DNA of 64,000 nt from an uncultured Chloroflexia bacterium (GCA_963778155.1 CAVZTK010000006.1:867702-931701), one strand, 5' to 3'; shown: positions 31,899-44,087, counted from the stretch's first letter. A program made the numbers and translations. The notes: generated from the letters alone by a model not told the origin.

Positions 31899-32906
31899 CT
31901 ACTGCACGGTCTGGTGGAGGCCGGACAGGTCGAACGCCGCGGCCGCCGTCGCGAAATCGGTCCCGAAGAACTTCACGGACGCGTCCTTGAGCTTGCCGTC
32001 GGCGAGCAGCTCGTCGAGCGACTTGTTGATGGCGTCGATGAACGGCCCGGCCGCCAGCGTCAGGCTCTTGTCGACGTAGCCGGTCTTGAACGTCGTGAAG
32101 GCAGGGGCAGCCAGCATCCGCAGGTCCTCGCCGTCGTTGATCGCCCCGACTCCGACCGGCTGACTGCACAGGAACGCATCGATCTTGCCGTCGGCGACGT
32201 CCTGCAGACCGGGAGGCTCATGCGCGTACGTGACGATCTTGGGGTTCGTGACCGCGAACGTGATGTCCTCGGCGGGCAGGGCCAGGGTCTTCTTCAGGTA
32301 CTGCTCGTGGGTGCAGCCGGAGCACGCCCCGATCTGCTTGCCGGACAGGTCGGCCGGCACCTGGTAGGCCGACTCCTTCTTGACGAAGAAGTTCGCTGGG
32401 GTCGTGTAGTAGGGCTGGGTCATGTACAGGGCCTTCATCCGATCCTCGGTGAGGGCACCCGACGCCCACGCGACGTCGAATCGATCGCCCCAGCCACCGG
32501 CGATGACCTCGTCGAACGGGACGGCGACGAAGCAGGGCTCGACGCCGAGGGCTGCGGCGACAAGCTTGCCGGTCACCACGTCATACCCGTCCACTTCGGG
32601 CGCAGTCATCTGGTTCGGGGCGCACTTCGTGCTGGCGGCCCGGGTCGCGCCCTTCACCGCCATCGATTGCGGTGCGTAGTCGGGATCGACGAACAGGACG
32701 AGGGTGCCCCGCGCCTGGACCTGGGCGAGCTTGTCCTTCGTCGGGTCACCGACCGGCGCCGCCGACGTGGCGGCGCCGGCTGCTGAGCCGCCGGGTGAGG
32801 CAGGGCTGGCGCCGGCGGTGCCGCCGGAGCAGGCGGCCGCGACGACCGAGAGGCTGGCGATGAGGAGCAGGAACGAACGGGGCAGACTCGGGAACTGCAC
32901 GCTCAC
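31899..32906 (-). CDS. family-3 (amino-acid type) solute-binding lipoprotein with no cognate ABC membrane components nearby
   Basis: Start proposed at GTG 32906 (AAAGGA upstream). Lipobox LIASLSVVAAAC. SBP_bac_3-like core (GTLVLFVDPDYAPQSM..., GYDVVTGKLVAAALGVEPCFVAVPFDEVIAG..., GKQIGACSGCTHEQYL, GKIDAFLCSQP). Confidence 0.8.
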   Translation of the reverse strand: MSVQFPSLPRSFLLLIASLSVVAAACSGGTAGASPASPGGSAAGAATSAAPVGDPTKDKLAQVQARGTLVLFVDPDYAPQSMAVKGATRAASTKCAPNQMTAPEVDGYDVVTGKLVAAALGVEPCFVAVPFDEVIAGGWGDRFDVAWASGALTEDRMKALYMTQPYYTTPANFFVKKESAYQVPADLSGKQIGACSGCTHEQYLKKTLALPAEDITFAVTNPKIVTYAHEPPGLQDVADGKIDAFLCSQPVGVGAINDGEDLRMLAAPAFTTFKTGYVDKSLTLAAGPFIDAINKSLDELLADGKLKDASVKFFGTDFATAAAAFDLSGLHQTVQ

Positions 32907-32982
32907 GATGATCCTTTCTGGGCGAAACACCCGGATGCGATGATGTCGACTCCCGAACGAGATCTGTGCGACTGCTGTCCTC

Positions 32983-35225
32983 CTAGGTGCTGGCTGGCCC
33001 CGGTGCCACCGAGATGGTGAGTCGCGCGAGCTCCTCGCCACCTCGCAGCGTCATGGTCGAATGCGTCCGATCGCCGACCTGGAGGCCGACCTCCTCGCCC
33101 CCGTCGAGCACCCGGACATCGGCGGGCAGGGTCGCTCGACGTCCCGTCCGGCCCGACGGCGTGCACCCATAGCCGGAGCTCGGGCGCCACGTCGCGCGGC
33201 AGGTCGACGGTGAGGGACCGGAGCCGGTTCGGGGCGTTGATGACGAGCTCGCTGGCCGTCTCGCGGCGACGCCCTGTCGTCTCCTCGATGTCCACCGCCG
33301 CGGCGATCGGCCGGCCGTCCGTGACGATCGACAGGACCCCGTGGTCAGGCGGACCCATCTCGAGACGGTACTCGACGACGGTCCGCGGCTCGAACGCCCC
33401 TCGGCGCCAGCTCGTGATGGCCAGCACAACGATCGTGCCTGCGACCAGCAACGCGGCGGCACGCTCGAGTGGCGCCACCCAGATCCACAGGCCGAAGGAC
33501 AGCACGCCGAACAAGAACACCCCACCGATGGCCACCGCGACGACCGGCCAGCCGAGCGGACGGATGACGTGGTCCGGGCGACGCTCTCCGCGCCGGCGTG
33601 CCGCGACCAGGATGAGCATCGGGAAGACCCCGGCGAGCAGCGGCAGCGTGAGCGTGCCCACGACGTTCAGCGGCTCGGTGAACGAGATCGAGCCGCGGGC
33701 CAGGAGGACTTCGACGATGACGAAGATGGCCAGCAGCGGGGCCGCGCGCAGGCTGAAGTCGACGATCCTCGGCTGGCGCTCCATCCGCACGTGCTCCGAG
33801 GCGCGCGAGCGGCGTCGACGCGATCAGATCGGCCATCTGGTTGTACAGGCCGAGTCCGACGTGGACGGCGCTCAGCCCGACCGCGAGGACGATATAGATC
33901 GTGCCCAGGACCTCGATGATCGGGCCGATCTTCTGGGCGAGCGGCGTCAGTGCCGTGCCCGTGTAGCCCGCCAGCTCGGTCGCGCCGACGGCGCCGGTGA
34001 CCACCAGCACGAACACGACGTAGATGACCATCGCCGTCAGCATCGCCGCGATGTTCCCGGACAGGAGGTGCCGTCCGCTCGGATCGCGAGCGAGGACGAC
34101 CTTCGCGGAATGGCCCGCCGACGTGTGCCCGAAATAGGCGACCAGGGCGACGCCGAAGACGAGCTCGAGGACGGACGCGTCGAGGCTGAGGCCCGTGCCG
34201 CTCCCGGCGAAGGCGTCGGGCCGCGCGTTCAGGAAAGCGATGGCCGAGATGGCCAGGAGCAGCAGGAGATTGACCGACCCGACGGCCACAGCCACGGCGA
34301 CCGTCGCGTCGATGGTGCCTCGCCACAGGATCGCGGTGACGACGGCGAACAGGACGGCTGCCCAGAGCACGACGGGCATGCCCGTCACGCCGCCGACGGT
34401 GGTCCCGAAGCCGATCAGGGCGACGCTGAAGCCGACCGTCTCGAGCACGAGGAGCGTCGGGACCGCGATGGCCAGCCCGGGTCGCCCCAGGTAGTCGCGG
34501 ATGAGGCGCCCGATGAACGAGTCGCCGTAGCGCATCGCGCCGTCGCGGGTGATGCTCTCGACCAGCGCAGCGATCGTGAGGGTGTTGAGGATGCCGAACA
34601 CGATGAGCAGCACGGTCGCTCCGACGGGGCCGAACCCCGCGAACGCGATCGGCAGGGCGAGGACACCGCCGCCGACCGTCTCCGTCAGGGTCAGCGTGAA
34701 CGCGAGCCAGAACGGCGGCAGCGACTCGAGCCGGCGTGACGCGCCCGCTCGCCACCAGCGGAAGCGCTCTCGGGCCGACAGGGGCGCGGCCTCGGCCGCG
34801 CCGAGCGGCTTTCCCGCGCGTTCTGCATAGGCAGCCGCGACCGCCGGATCATCCGCGCCGAGGGCCGCGCGAACACTGGTCGCCTGCGCCGGCAGGCCGT
34901 ACTTGTCGACGATCCGCCGGAGGATCTCAGCGCGCAACGCCGGTTCGGTGGGGACGAGGCCGGCCCATCGGTCGGCGTGGCGATCGAGCTCCTGGATGGT
35001 CGTCACGACCGCGCTGTCGCGACCCTCCGCGAGAGCGCTCAGGAACTCCTGCTCATGCTCGGCGGCCGTGCGCTCGGTCTCGAAGCGAGCCATCGCCCGA
35101 CGGGCGCGAGCGGACAGCAGCGCGGTCCGCGCCTCGATCGCGTACAGGAGCGTGCTGGCGCGACGGGCCGGCATCCCGCCGAGCACCTCGTCGCGCGAGA
35201 AGATCGAGCCGAGGTCAGCGACCAT
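32983..35225 (-). pseudogene. fusion membrane protein: ~175-aa cytoplasmic N-domain + amino-acid-permease-like (Aa_trans/Trp-Tyr permease type) multi-TM core + ~150-aa C-terminal domain; frame breaks ~33803 and ~33135
   Basis: The N-domain (MVADLGSIFSRDEVLGGMPARRASTLLYAIEARTA...) has no family I recognise. The permease signature is TETVGGGVLALPIAFAGFGPVGA, followed by about 11 helices across two frames. The C-domain ...EYRLEMGPPDHGVLSIVTDGRPIAAAVDIEE...LRLWVHAVGPDG continues in a third frame to ...LTISVAPGPAST*. Confidence 0.7.
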
Positions 35226-36003
35226 CGGCCAACAGCGCGTCGGCGACCATTCGATACAGCGCGGCGACTTCGTGATCCGGGTATCTCACGGCGAAGATGC
35301 CCTCGCTGGCGAGCTGCATCAGCTCGTCGGAATGAGGGATGACCGCGGCGACCTCGCAGCCGTACGCCTCCTCGACGCGCGCCGCCACGGACGCACGATC
35401 GAATGTCGCCGGGAGCTTGTTGACGAGGATCCGGATCCGAGGCACCTGGAGCTCGCGGGCGATCCGGGCGGTCACGCCGGTCCCTTCGTAGTCCTGCAGG
35501 TCGGGGCGCATGACGATCAGCAGGCTGTCCGACAGGACGAGCGAGAGGAGGGTCTCCTCGTTGAGGCCCGGATGGGTGTCGATCAGCAGGACGTGGAGGT
35601 CGAGCGCCGCGATCAGCTGGCGAAATCCCTCGGTCATCCGCTGGGCGTCATAGCCCTCGCGCAGGATGCGGGCGATCTCTCCTGGCTTCATGCTCGAGGG
35701 GATCAGGTGGATCCGTCCGGAGACGTCCGCGCCGGCCGCCGCGGTCACGTCCCGTGCGACCTCCTCGATCGCACGACCGTGCCACAGGAAGTCATTGAGC
35801 GACGCGTCGACGTCGTCACCCGCCAGTCCGAAGAGGACGTGGATGCCGGGCGACTGGATGTCCGTGTCGATGACGCCGACGCGAAGGCCCCGTTGGGCAA
35901 GGATGGCTGCGAGGTTCGCCGTCGTGTTCGACTTGCCCGTTCCACCTCGGAACGAGTGCACGCTGATGACGGTTGCCAAGGATCCCTCGAGGCAGACGAG
36001 CAA
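35215..36003 (-). CDS. MinD/ParA-family P-loop ATPase (deviant Walker A with Arg in place of the signature Lys)
   Basis: VISVHSFRGGTGKSNTTANLAAILA (deviant Walker A), VGVIDTDIQ, LLIDTHPG (Walker B), LIVMRPD...ILVNKLP. The exact start is uncertain (TTG 36003 or a downstream TTG). The stop overlaps the next gene start by 11 nt. Confidence 0.85.
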   Translation of the reverse strand: MLVCLEGSLATVISVHSFRGGTGKSNTTANLAAILAQRGLRVGVIDTDIQSPGIHVLFGLAGDDVDASLNDFLWHGRAIEEVARDVTAAAGADVSGRIHLIPSSMKPGEIARILREGYDAQRMTEGFRQLIAALDLHVLLIDTHPGLNEETLLSLVLSDSLLIVMRPDLQDYEGTGVTARIARELQVPRIRILVNKLPATFDRASVAARVEEAYGCEVAAVIPHSDELMQLASEGIFAVRYPDHEVAALYRMVADALLADGR

Positions 36004-36391
36004 GCTGGGTTGTTGCGGGGCGACGAGGGACGGCGGGGTTTCCTGGGCAGGCCGTCCTGTAGGCCGATGCTAGGCGTTGGACCCGGACGGACGCAAGCAC
36101 ATTGCCGACACTCGGGCCGAACCGACGGGCGCCTGGTACCTCTGGATGACCTGCCCGGTACGTCTTTCCCGGGATCCGAGTGGGTGAGGACCCGACAAGA
36201 TGACTGCGGTGCGGTGAGACGGGACCGAGAAGTCCTATCGGGGTCACTGGATCGTTGTCAGGAGGGACAGCAGGGCAACGGCGGCTCGAGAGGTGTGCCC
36301 CATCTTCGCCTGAGTCCTGCAGCCGGCTGCGGCCGGTGCCATCGGATCTGTCCCCCATCCGAATATCGGTCGTACACAGGAAGTGCCCCTG

Positions 36392-37743
36392 ATGGACGTC
36401 CAACCCCTCGCGATCAGCATCGGTCTGCCCGGGCAGCGAAAGACTCGGACCATCCAACGATCGGCGTCGCGAGCCGCGCCTGTCGATGGCGGTGGTGGGG
36501 ACGCGGCGACGATCGCCAGCCGGCGGACGTGGCTCGTGGCGTACACGGCGATCTCGATCGTCGCGGGACTGACGGCGCTCGGATGGACGACCACGCTCCG
36601 CATCCCGATCAGTCCGACGATCGATCCGAACATGGATGGCTCGGCCATCGCGGGACCGTCGGGCGGGATGCTCCTCTGGATCGCCTTCGGGATGATCGGG
36701 TCGCTCCGGATCCTGCCGGCTCCCGGCGGCCACGCCGTCTGGACGTTCCACTTTCCGTTCGTGGCGGCGGCGATGGTCCTCGGCGGGCCGACGGCGGGCG
36801 CCTGGGTGGCGTTCGTCTCGACCATCGAGCGGCGTGAGCTCGACAGCGTGCCGTGGTACGGCGCGCTCGCGAACCATGCCGTGATGGCGCTCGCGGCGGT
36901 GATGGGCGGCTTGACGGTCGAAGCTCTGCAGGGCTCTCTGCAGATCACCACACTGACGCCGGGCGTCGCGAACCGATCGCGATCGTCGGCGGGATCCTCG
37001 TCCTGGTTGCGGTGCTGACGGTCAGGACGGCCGGGACGATCGTGCTCCGGGAAGGCCAGTCCGCCGGGAACCCGTTCGACGTGATGATCGGACCGATCGG
37101 GCGGACGACGGTGGCGGAGATCGTGCTCGCTTGGGTCTTCACGATCGCCTACATGGCGGTCGGATGGTGGGCACCGATGGTGATCGCGCTGATCACTCTG
37201 CGCTCTCTGGCCGGTGGACGTAGAAGGCCCGGATCCATTGACGGGCCTGGTGAGGGCCGCACGGTTCGATGCGTTCCTGAACGGCGCTGTCGGCCGGACG
37301 CGCCGTGGCGTAGGTCGGGGCGGCGTCCTCGTATCGATCGACCTCGACCGCTTCGGCCGGATCAACAAGGATCCCGATCTAGGCTACGCGATCGGAAACG
37401 AGGTCCTCGCCGAGATGGGACGACGCCTTCGGACCCAGACACGAACCGGCGACGCGGTCGCGCGCCCGGGCGGCGACGAGTTCGGCTCTACTTCGCCGGC
37501 GCTTTCGATGCGGAATCCGCGATCCGCATCGGCGAACGGCTGTTGGAGGCGATCGAGCGACCGGTCGTGACCACGGCGGCGATCGTCGACGTCAGCGCGT
37601 CGATCGGACTGGTCATCGTCGAGCTGCGGCCGGACCTGCCAGCCGGGGCCACATTGAAGGACCGGGCCGACATCACCATGCAGACTCAGAAAGCCGAGGG
37701 CGGCGGCGTCCGCCTCTGCGAACCTGGCGTGGACCCGGACTGA
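36392..37743 (+). pseudogene. membrane-anchored diguanylate cyclase (about 6-7 TM N-domain + GGDEF); frame breaks ~36967, ~37210, ~37485
   Basis: Hydrophobic N-domain in the 36383 and 36853 frames. GGDEF domain: DPLTGLVRAARFDAFL...VLVSIDLDRFGRINKDPDLGYAIGNEVLAEMGRRL, I-site RTGD, and active site ARPGGDEFG in the 37214 frame. It then continues ...LYFAGAFDAESAIRIGERLLEAI... in the 36853 frame. Confidence 0.8.
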
Positions 37744-37837
37744 TCCACAGCCGTCGCGGATCGCCATGGTGCTCGGAGGCGCCCCTCCGAACATCGGAGT
37801 ATCGTTGCGTCCTCAACGACCTGCCCTGAGGACCGCC

Positions 37838-38790
37838 GTGAAAGCCTATGCCCTGACCGCTCCCGACCAGCCCGCCGCGCTCGTCGATCTGCCCGATCCT
37901 GAGGCGCCCGACGGCGGCGTGCTGATCCGCGTTCGCGCCGCGAGCGTCAACGGGATCGATCTCTACGAGGCCAATGGATACCTCGCGCAGGCGATGCCGC
38001 ACGACTACCCGGTGGTCGTCGGTCGCGACCTCGCCGGGGTCGTCGAGGCCGTCGGCGACGGGCGCACCGACATCGCGGTCGGCGACGAGGTCATCGCCTT
38101 CGTCCCGACCACTCCGCCGCTGCACGTCGGCACCTGGGCGGAGCTCGTGCCCGCCGGCCCGGATGTCGTCCTGACGCCGAAGCCGTCGACGGTCTCGTTC
38201 GAGGCCGCCTCGGCCATCCCGCTTGCCGGTGCCACCGCCCTCGATGCGGTGAGCGCGGCTGGGGTCGGCGCGGGAGACGTCGTGCTCATCGTCGGCGCGA
38301 CTGGCGGCGTCGGCTCGTTCGCGGTCCAGACTCGCAGCCCAGCTCGGCGCCACCGTCATCGCGACGGCGGCGGATGGCGACGACGCAGCATTCGTCCGGT
38401 CGCTCGGCGCCGCCGAGACCGTCGACTACACGTCCACGGACGTCGTCAGGGAAGTCCGGGCACGCCACCCGGACGGGATCGACGTCCTCCTCGACCTCGT
38501 CAATCGCGACGACGCCTTCAACGCGGTCTGCACGCTCGTCAAGGAAGGTGGCCGCATCGCCACGACGATGGGTGCCGCCGACGCGGCGACGCTTGCCGCC
38601 GGTGGCGCCACGGGCACCAACGTCAGCGGCAGGCCGACGCCCGAGAAGCTCGCGAGCCTGGCTGCCCGGGTCGCGGACGGGACCCTGCGGATCGAGATCC
38701 AGGAGACTTTCCCGCTCGAAGAGGCAGCGGGCGCGCTTGGGCGCCTTCGCGGGTCGGACGATCGGCAAGATCGTCCTGGTCGTCGGGTAG
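37838..38790 (+). pseudogene. zinc-type/MDR quinone oxidoreductase-like NAD(P)H-dependent oxidoreductase; frame breaks ~38328 and ~38745
   Basis: VKAYALTAP..., VLIRVRAASVNGIDLYEANG, VVVGRDLAGVVEAVGDG and LIVGATGGVGSFAVQ lie in one frame. ...LGATVIATAADGDD...GIDVLLDLV...LRIEIQETFPLEEAAGAL follows in a second frame, and the end GRTIGKIVLVVG* in a third. Confidence 0.8.
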
Positions 38791-38797
38791 GCCGGTC

Positions 38798-39400
38798 ATG
38801 GACCCAACCACGGTCGTGGACCGCGTCGACGACGTCGCGGCGGCGCTTCGCTCCCACAACATCGAGGTCATCGTCGTCGACACGGGCACCGAGGCGAAGG
38901 ACGTCGTCCTGGGCCTCATCCCGGAAGGGGCAGAGGTCCACTCGGGCAAGTCGAAGACGCTCGAGGACATCGGCGTCTATGCCGAGATCGTCGAATCCGG
39001 CCGGTACGTCGCGTTGCGGCCGCAGCTGATGGCGATGGACCGGGCGACACAAGCTGCCGAGATGCGCAAGCTCGTCGCCGCGCCCGACTTCATGCTCGGC
39101 AGCGTCGCCGCGATCACGGCCGACGGGACGCTCGTCGCGGCGTCGGCCACCGGCAGCCAGCTCGGTGCCTACGCCTCGGGTGCGGGACGCCTGATCCTCG
39201 TCGTCGGCAGCCAGAAGCTCGTCCCTGATCTCGACGCGGCGATGGTCCGCATCCGCGAGGTCGTCTTCCCCTGGGAGAACGAGCGGGTCCGCGAGCGACT
39301 CGGCGTCGACACCATCCTCGAGAAGGTCCTCCTCATCCTCGGGGAGTGGGTGCCGGGTCGCACGACGGTCGTGCTCGTCCGCGAGCCGGTCGGCGTCTGA
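38798..39400 (+). CDS. LUD-domain (lactate utilisation LutB/C-like, DUF162) protein
   Basis: 200 aa. ...VHSGKSKTLEDIG..., FMLGSVAAITADGTLVAASATGSQLGAYASGAGRLILVVGSQKLVPDLDAAMVRIRE is the typical LUD core. Confidence 0.7.
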   Translation: MDPTTVVDRVDDVAAALRSHNIEVIVVDTGTEAKDVVLGLIPEGAEVHSGKSKTLEDIGVYAEIVESGRYVALRPQLMAMDRATQAAEMRKLVAAPDFMLGSVAAITADGTLVAASATGSQLGAYASGAGRLILVVGSQKLVPDLDAAMVRIREVVFPWENERVRERLGVDTILEKVLLILGEWVPGRTTVVLVREPVGV

Positions 39401-39422
39401 TCAAGCGGTCCGAACGGACTCG

Positions 39423-40217
39423 TCAGGTGCGCCGGGTGTCGCGCCGGAACAGGAACACGGCAGCGCCGGCGAACGCGAGCGTCCATACGATGACGCTCAC
39501 CAGCCAGGCCGGATCGAAGTCGCCCCCGACGAACGGATAGCGGGCGATCGACGCGACGCCGTAGGTCGGCATGAAGGGCGCGATCTGCTGCATCACGTCG
39601 GGCAGCAGGCTGAGCGGCACGAGCAGGCCGCCGAACAGCGCGAAGATCGCCAGGATCGGCCCGATGACCTGCATCACGTTCTCGGACGGCAGCAGGTAGC
39701 CCATGAACAGCCCGAAGGACGCAAAGACCAGCGAGGCGCCCCAGGCAAGCAGACCGGTCGCGACCCAGACGACAGGGTCCATCTGGACACTGTTCAGGGC
39801 GCCGGCGACGTAGACGACCATCACCGACGTCAGGCCGAGCAGCATGGCCACGATGATCTTGATGGCGACGTACGCCTCGGGGCGCAGCGGGGTGAGCCTG
39901 AGCTGGCGGCTCCAGCCCTGGGCGCGTTCGATCGAGACCATGGCACCGCCCGAGGTCGCGGCGAGCATCGCGCCGTACAGGGCGATGCCGATCATCGACG
40001 TGACAGCTCCGATGTCGCTCCCCCCGACAGTGACCAACCGCTTGTTCTGCCTGAACAGCAGGAACAGGACGACCGGCACGACCACGGTTATGACCACCGT
40101 CCGTCGATTGCGCAGGAGTCGGCGAACCTCGATCGACAGGAATGTCAGGTTGAAACCGCCGAGCGGCGGCGCATGCCGCTCGGCCGCGGGCGTCGCCGAC
40201 CGGGACCTCCGTGCTCA
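39423..40217 (-). pseudogene. ABC-2-type exporter permease (DrrB-like); frame break within the first ~15 codons (~40170)
   Basis: The body frame gives ...FNLTFLSIEVRRLLRNRRTVVITVVVPVVLFLLF... and six helices. The only plausible start is GTG 40217, which overlaps the ATPase stop as GTGA but lies in a different frame. Confidence 0.75.
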
Positions 40218-41160
40218 CGCTGCATCTCCCACGATCGCGCTCTCCGTGGGCGCCGAGCCTTGATCGTCCGACGTGAGGGCAAGGAACGCATCCTCGAGGT
40301 TGTGGGCCACGATCTCCACGTCGTGTGCCGCGGTCGCGGTCAACAGGTACTTCGCGACGGCATCGGAATCGAGGCGTCTGGATGAGGACGCGATCGCCGC
40401 GGATCTCGACCGCGCGGACGCCCGGCAGCCGCGACAACGTCCCCTCGTCTGCCCCGGCCAGGCTGGCCCGGACCGATCGGCCTGTCGACAGGTTGCGGAC
40501 CTCGGCGGCGGTGCCATCGGCGACGATCCTGCCCTGGCGGAGCAGGATGATCCGGTCGGCGTAGGCGTCCGCCTCTTCGAGGTAGTGGGTCGCGAACAGG
40601 ACCGTCCGGCCGCGCTCGGCGTCGCGCCGAATGGCGGACCAGAAGTCGCGGCGACCCTCCACATCCATCCCGGCCGTGGGCTCGTCGAGGGCCATCAAGG
40701 TGGGATCGGGCACGAGGGCCATGGCGAACCGAAGCCGTTGCTGCTCGCCACCGGAGCATTTCCCGACCAGGCGGTCCGCGAGATGGATGATGCCGGCTCG
40801 CTCGAGCACCTCGTCGACAGGTCGCGGCTCAGCGTAGATCGAGGCGGTCAGGCGAACGGTCTCGCGGACCGTGAGGTCCTTGAGCAGGCCGCCCGACTGC
40901 AGGACGGCGGACACGAGACCGCGCGAGATCGCCTCGGCGGGCGGCATCCCGAGGACGCTCACGGTCCCTTGGTCGGGCTGTCCGAGGCCCAGGATCATGT
41001 CGATGGTGGTCGTCTTGCCTGCGCCGTTCGGGCCGAGCAACGCGGCGATCTCACCGATCTCGAGGTGCAGGTCGATGCCATCCACTGCCCGCACCGCGCC
41101 GAAGCTCCGATGCACGTCGCGGAGGTCGATGGCGGCTGTCGATCCGTGCTCGTGAGCCAC
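40215..41160 (-). pseudogene. ABC transporter ATP-binding protein (DrrA-like); frame break ~40375
   Basis: LLGPNGAGKTTTIDMILG, CSGGEQQRLRFAMAL, LMALDEPTAGMD and LFATHYLEEA lie in the 41160 frame. The C-terminal domain ...SDAVAKYLLTATAAHDVEIVAHNLEDAFLALT is in the 40215..40664 frame. Confidence 0.85.
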
Positions 41161-41351
41161 GTGGGCAGTCTACGACCGGTGGCCGCAGGGCGCCCCTGAT
41201 CGCATTCGGTGGACGACGGTTGTAACGGGCTTGCAAGGGCTCGTGCGAGCGTGGCTGGTGCAACATGGCACCATGCGTCGGGTAGCGCGGATGGCGAGAG
41301 ACAGGCGGGGGCCGAGCGTCGATCCGGCCGTCGACGACTGAGTCCCCAGCC

Positions 41352-42452
41352 GTGCCCGGCCACCCCAGCTCGCCGCGACTGATCACCATCCCCAGCGCCG
41401 ACAGGCCGTTCGGGTCACACGTCGAGCGCGTCCGGCGCCGGCTCGCGCCCTCCCACCCGGACCAGCTGGAGACCGGCCTTCGCCGGCTGTTCCCGCGTGT
41501 GGCCGTCCGCGAGCGGGCGCTGTCGGGCGAGGCCCCGGTCTGGTACGTCTACCGCGACGGTGGCTGGCGACCCTCGCTGACCGGGCCGTGGTGGGAGGCG
41601 GCCGGACTGCCGCGCATCGTCATCTCGGCCGACGGATGGATCGAGGAGGCGAGCCCGTCGGCGGCGGATCTGCTCGGCCTGGACGGATCGGAGGTCGCGA
41701 CTCGGCATGTCACCGATTTCGTCGCGCTCGGCACGATCGACGATGCGATGGCTCTGTTCGCGGTCATCGAGGAGGGCCACGACTTCACCGCGACCGTGCT
41801 GTTGCGGCCGTCATCGGGCGACGTCGTCGCGGTCGATCTGCATGCGACCCGCCGCGACGCGCGGATCACCGGCGTCCTGCGCCTGTCCGAGGAACTGCCG
41901 GTCAGCACGTCGGCCGAGCCGATCGAGCGGCCCGACGTGACGTGTCGACCCGCGACCGACGCCGCATTCGGGGGCTATGTCGCGCTCGCGCTCGAGCGGA
42001 TGTCGGAACCGACCCCCGACGGACTCGCGCTCCGGCTGCGCCGCCTGTATCCGCACGCGCGGGTCGAGGTCGACGGCACCGGCTGGATCGCCTGGCGCGA
42101 TCGAGAAGGCGTGGATCCTGCGGCGGCCGAGTGGTGGCGGGATGCGGCGCTGCCGACCGTCCGCTACGACGCGCAGGCTCTCATCCTCGAGGCCAACGAG
42201 GCGGCCCAGGAGCTGCTCGGCAGCACCCTCGTCGGTCACTACTGGCAGGAGTTCGTGACCCCTGGGACGACCGAGCAGGTCTCGTCGATGCTCGCGATCC
42301 TGGCCAGTGTCGGCGCCGCAGAATCGCGCTTCCGGATGCCCACCGGCGACGGCTCACTCATCGAGTTCGACTCGTACACGCAGGTCGTGGGCGAGACGTA
42401 CACGACGATCATGCGGCCGCGGACGACGGGGCGAGGTGCGTCGCCGCCGTGA
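41352..42452 (+). CDS. protein with two tandem PAS-like modules (internal duplication), function unknown
   Basis: Two ~150-aa repeats each begin R(R)L(F/Y)P..., W(W)(E/R)(A/D)A(G/A)LP, then a PAS-like core (ISADGWIEEASPSAADLLGL... and YDAQALILEANEAAQELLGS...). The start (GTG 41352) is uncertain. Confidence 0.55.
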   Translation: MPGHPSSPRLITIPSADRPFGSHVERVRRRLAPSHPDQLETGLRRLFPRVAVRERALSGEAPVWYVYRDGGWRPSLTGPWWEAAGLPRIVISADGWIEEASPSAADLLGLDGSEVATRHVTDFVALGTIDDAMALFAVIEEGHDFTATVLLRPSSGDVVAVDLHATRRDARITGVLRLSEELPVSTSAEPIERPDVTCRPATDAAFGGYVALALERMSEPTPDGLALRLRRLYPHARVEVDGTGWIAWRDREGVDPAAAEWWRDAALPTVRYDAQALILEANEAAQELLGSTLVGHYWQEFVTPGTTEQVSSMLAILASVGAAESRFRMPTGDGSLIEFDSYTQVVGETYTTIMRPRTTGRGASPP

Positions 42453-42484
42453 CCGCGTCGCCGGCGGCGCCGAAACGCCGTGGA

Positions 42485-44087
<1,603 letters not shown>

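Noticed and set aside
32907-33041. 5' extension of the solute-binding protein ORF, and the ORF 32903..33790 read as a separate 295-aa gene
   Set aside because: The extension precedes a normal signal peptide and lipobox that starts at GTG 32906. The 295-aa ORF is the middle frame segment of the permease-fusion gene, with continuous TM helices and domain sequence across the two frame breaks.
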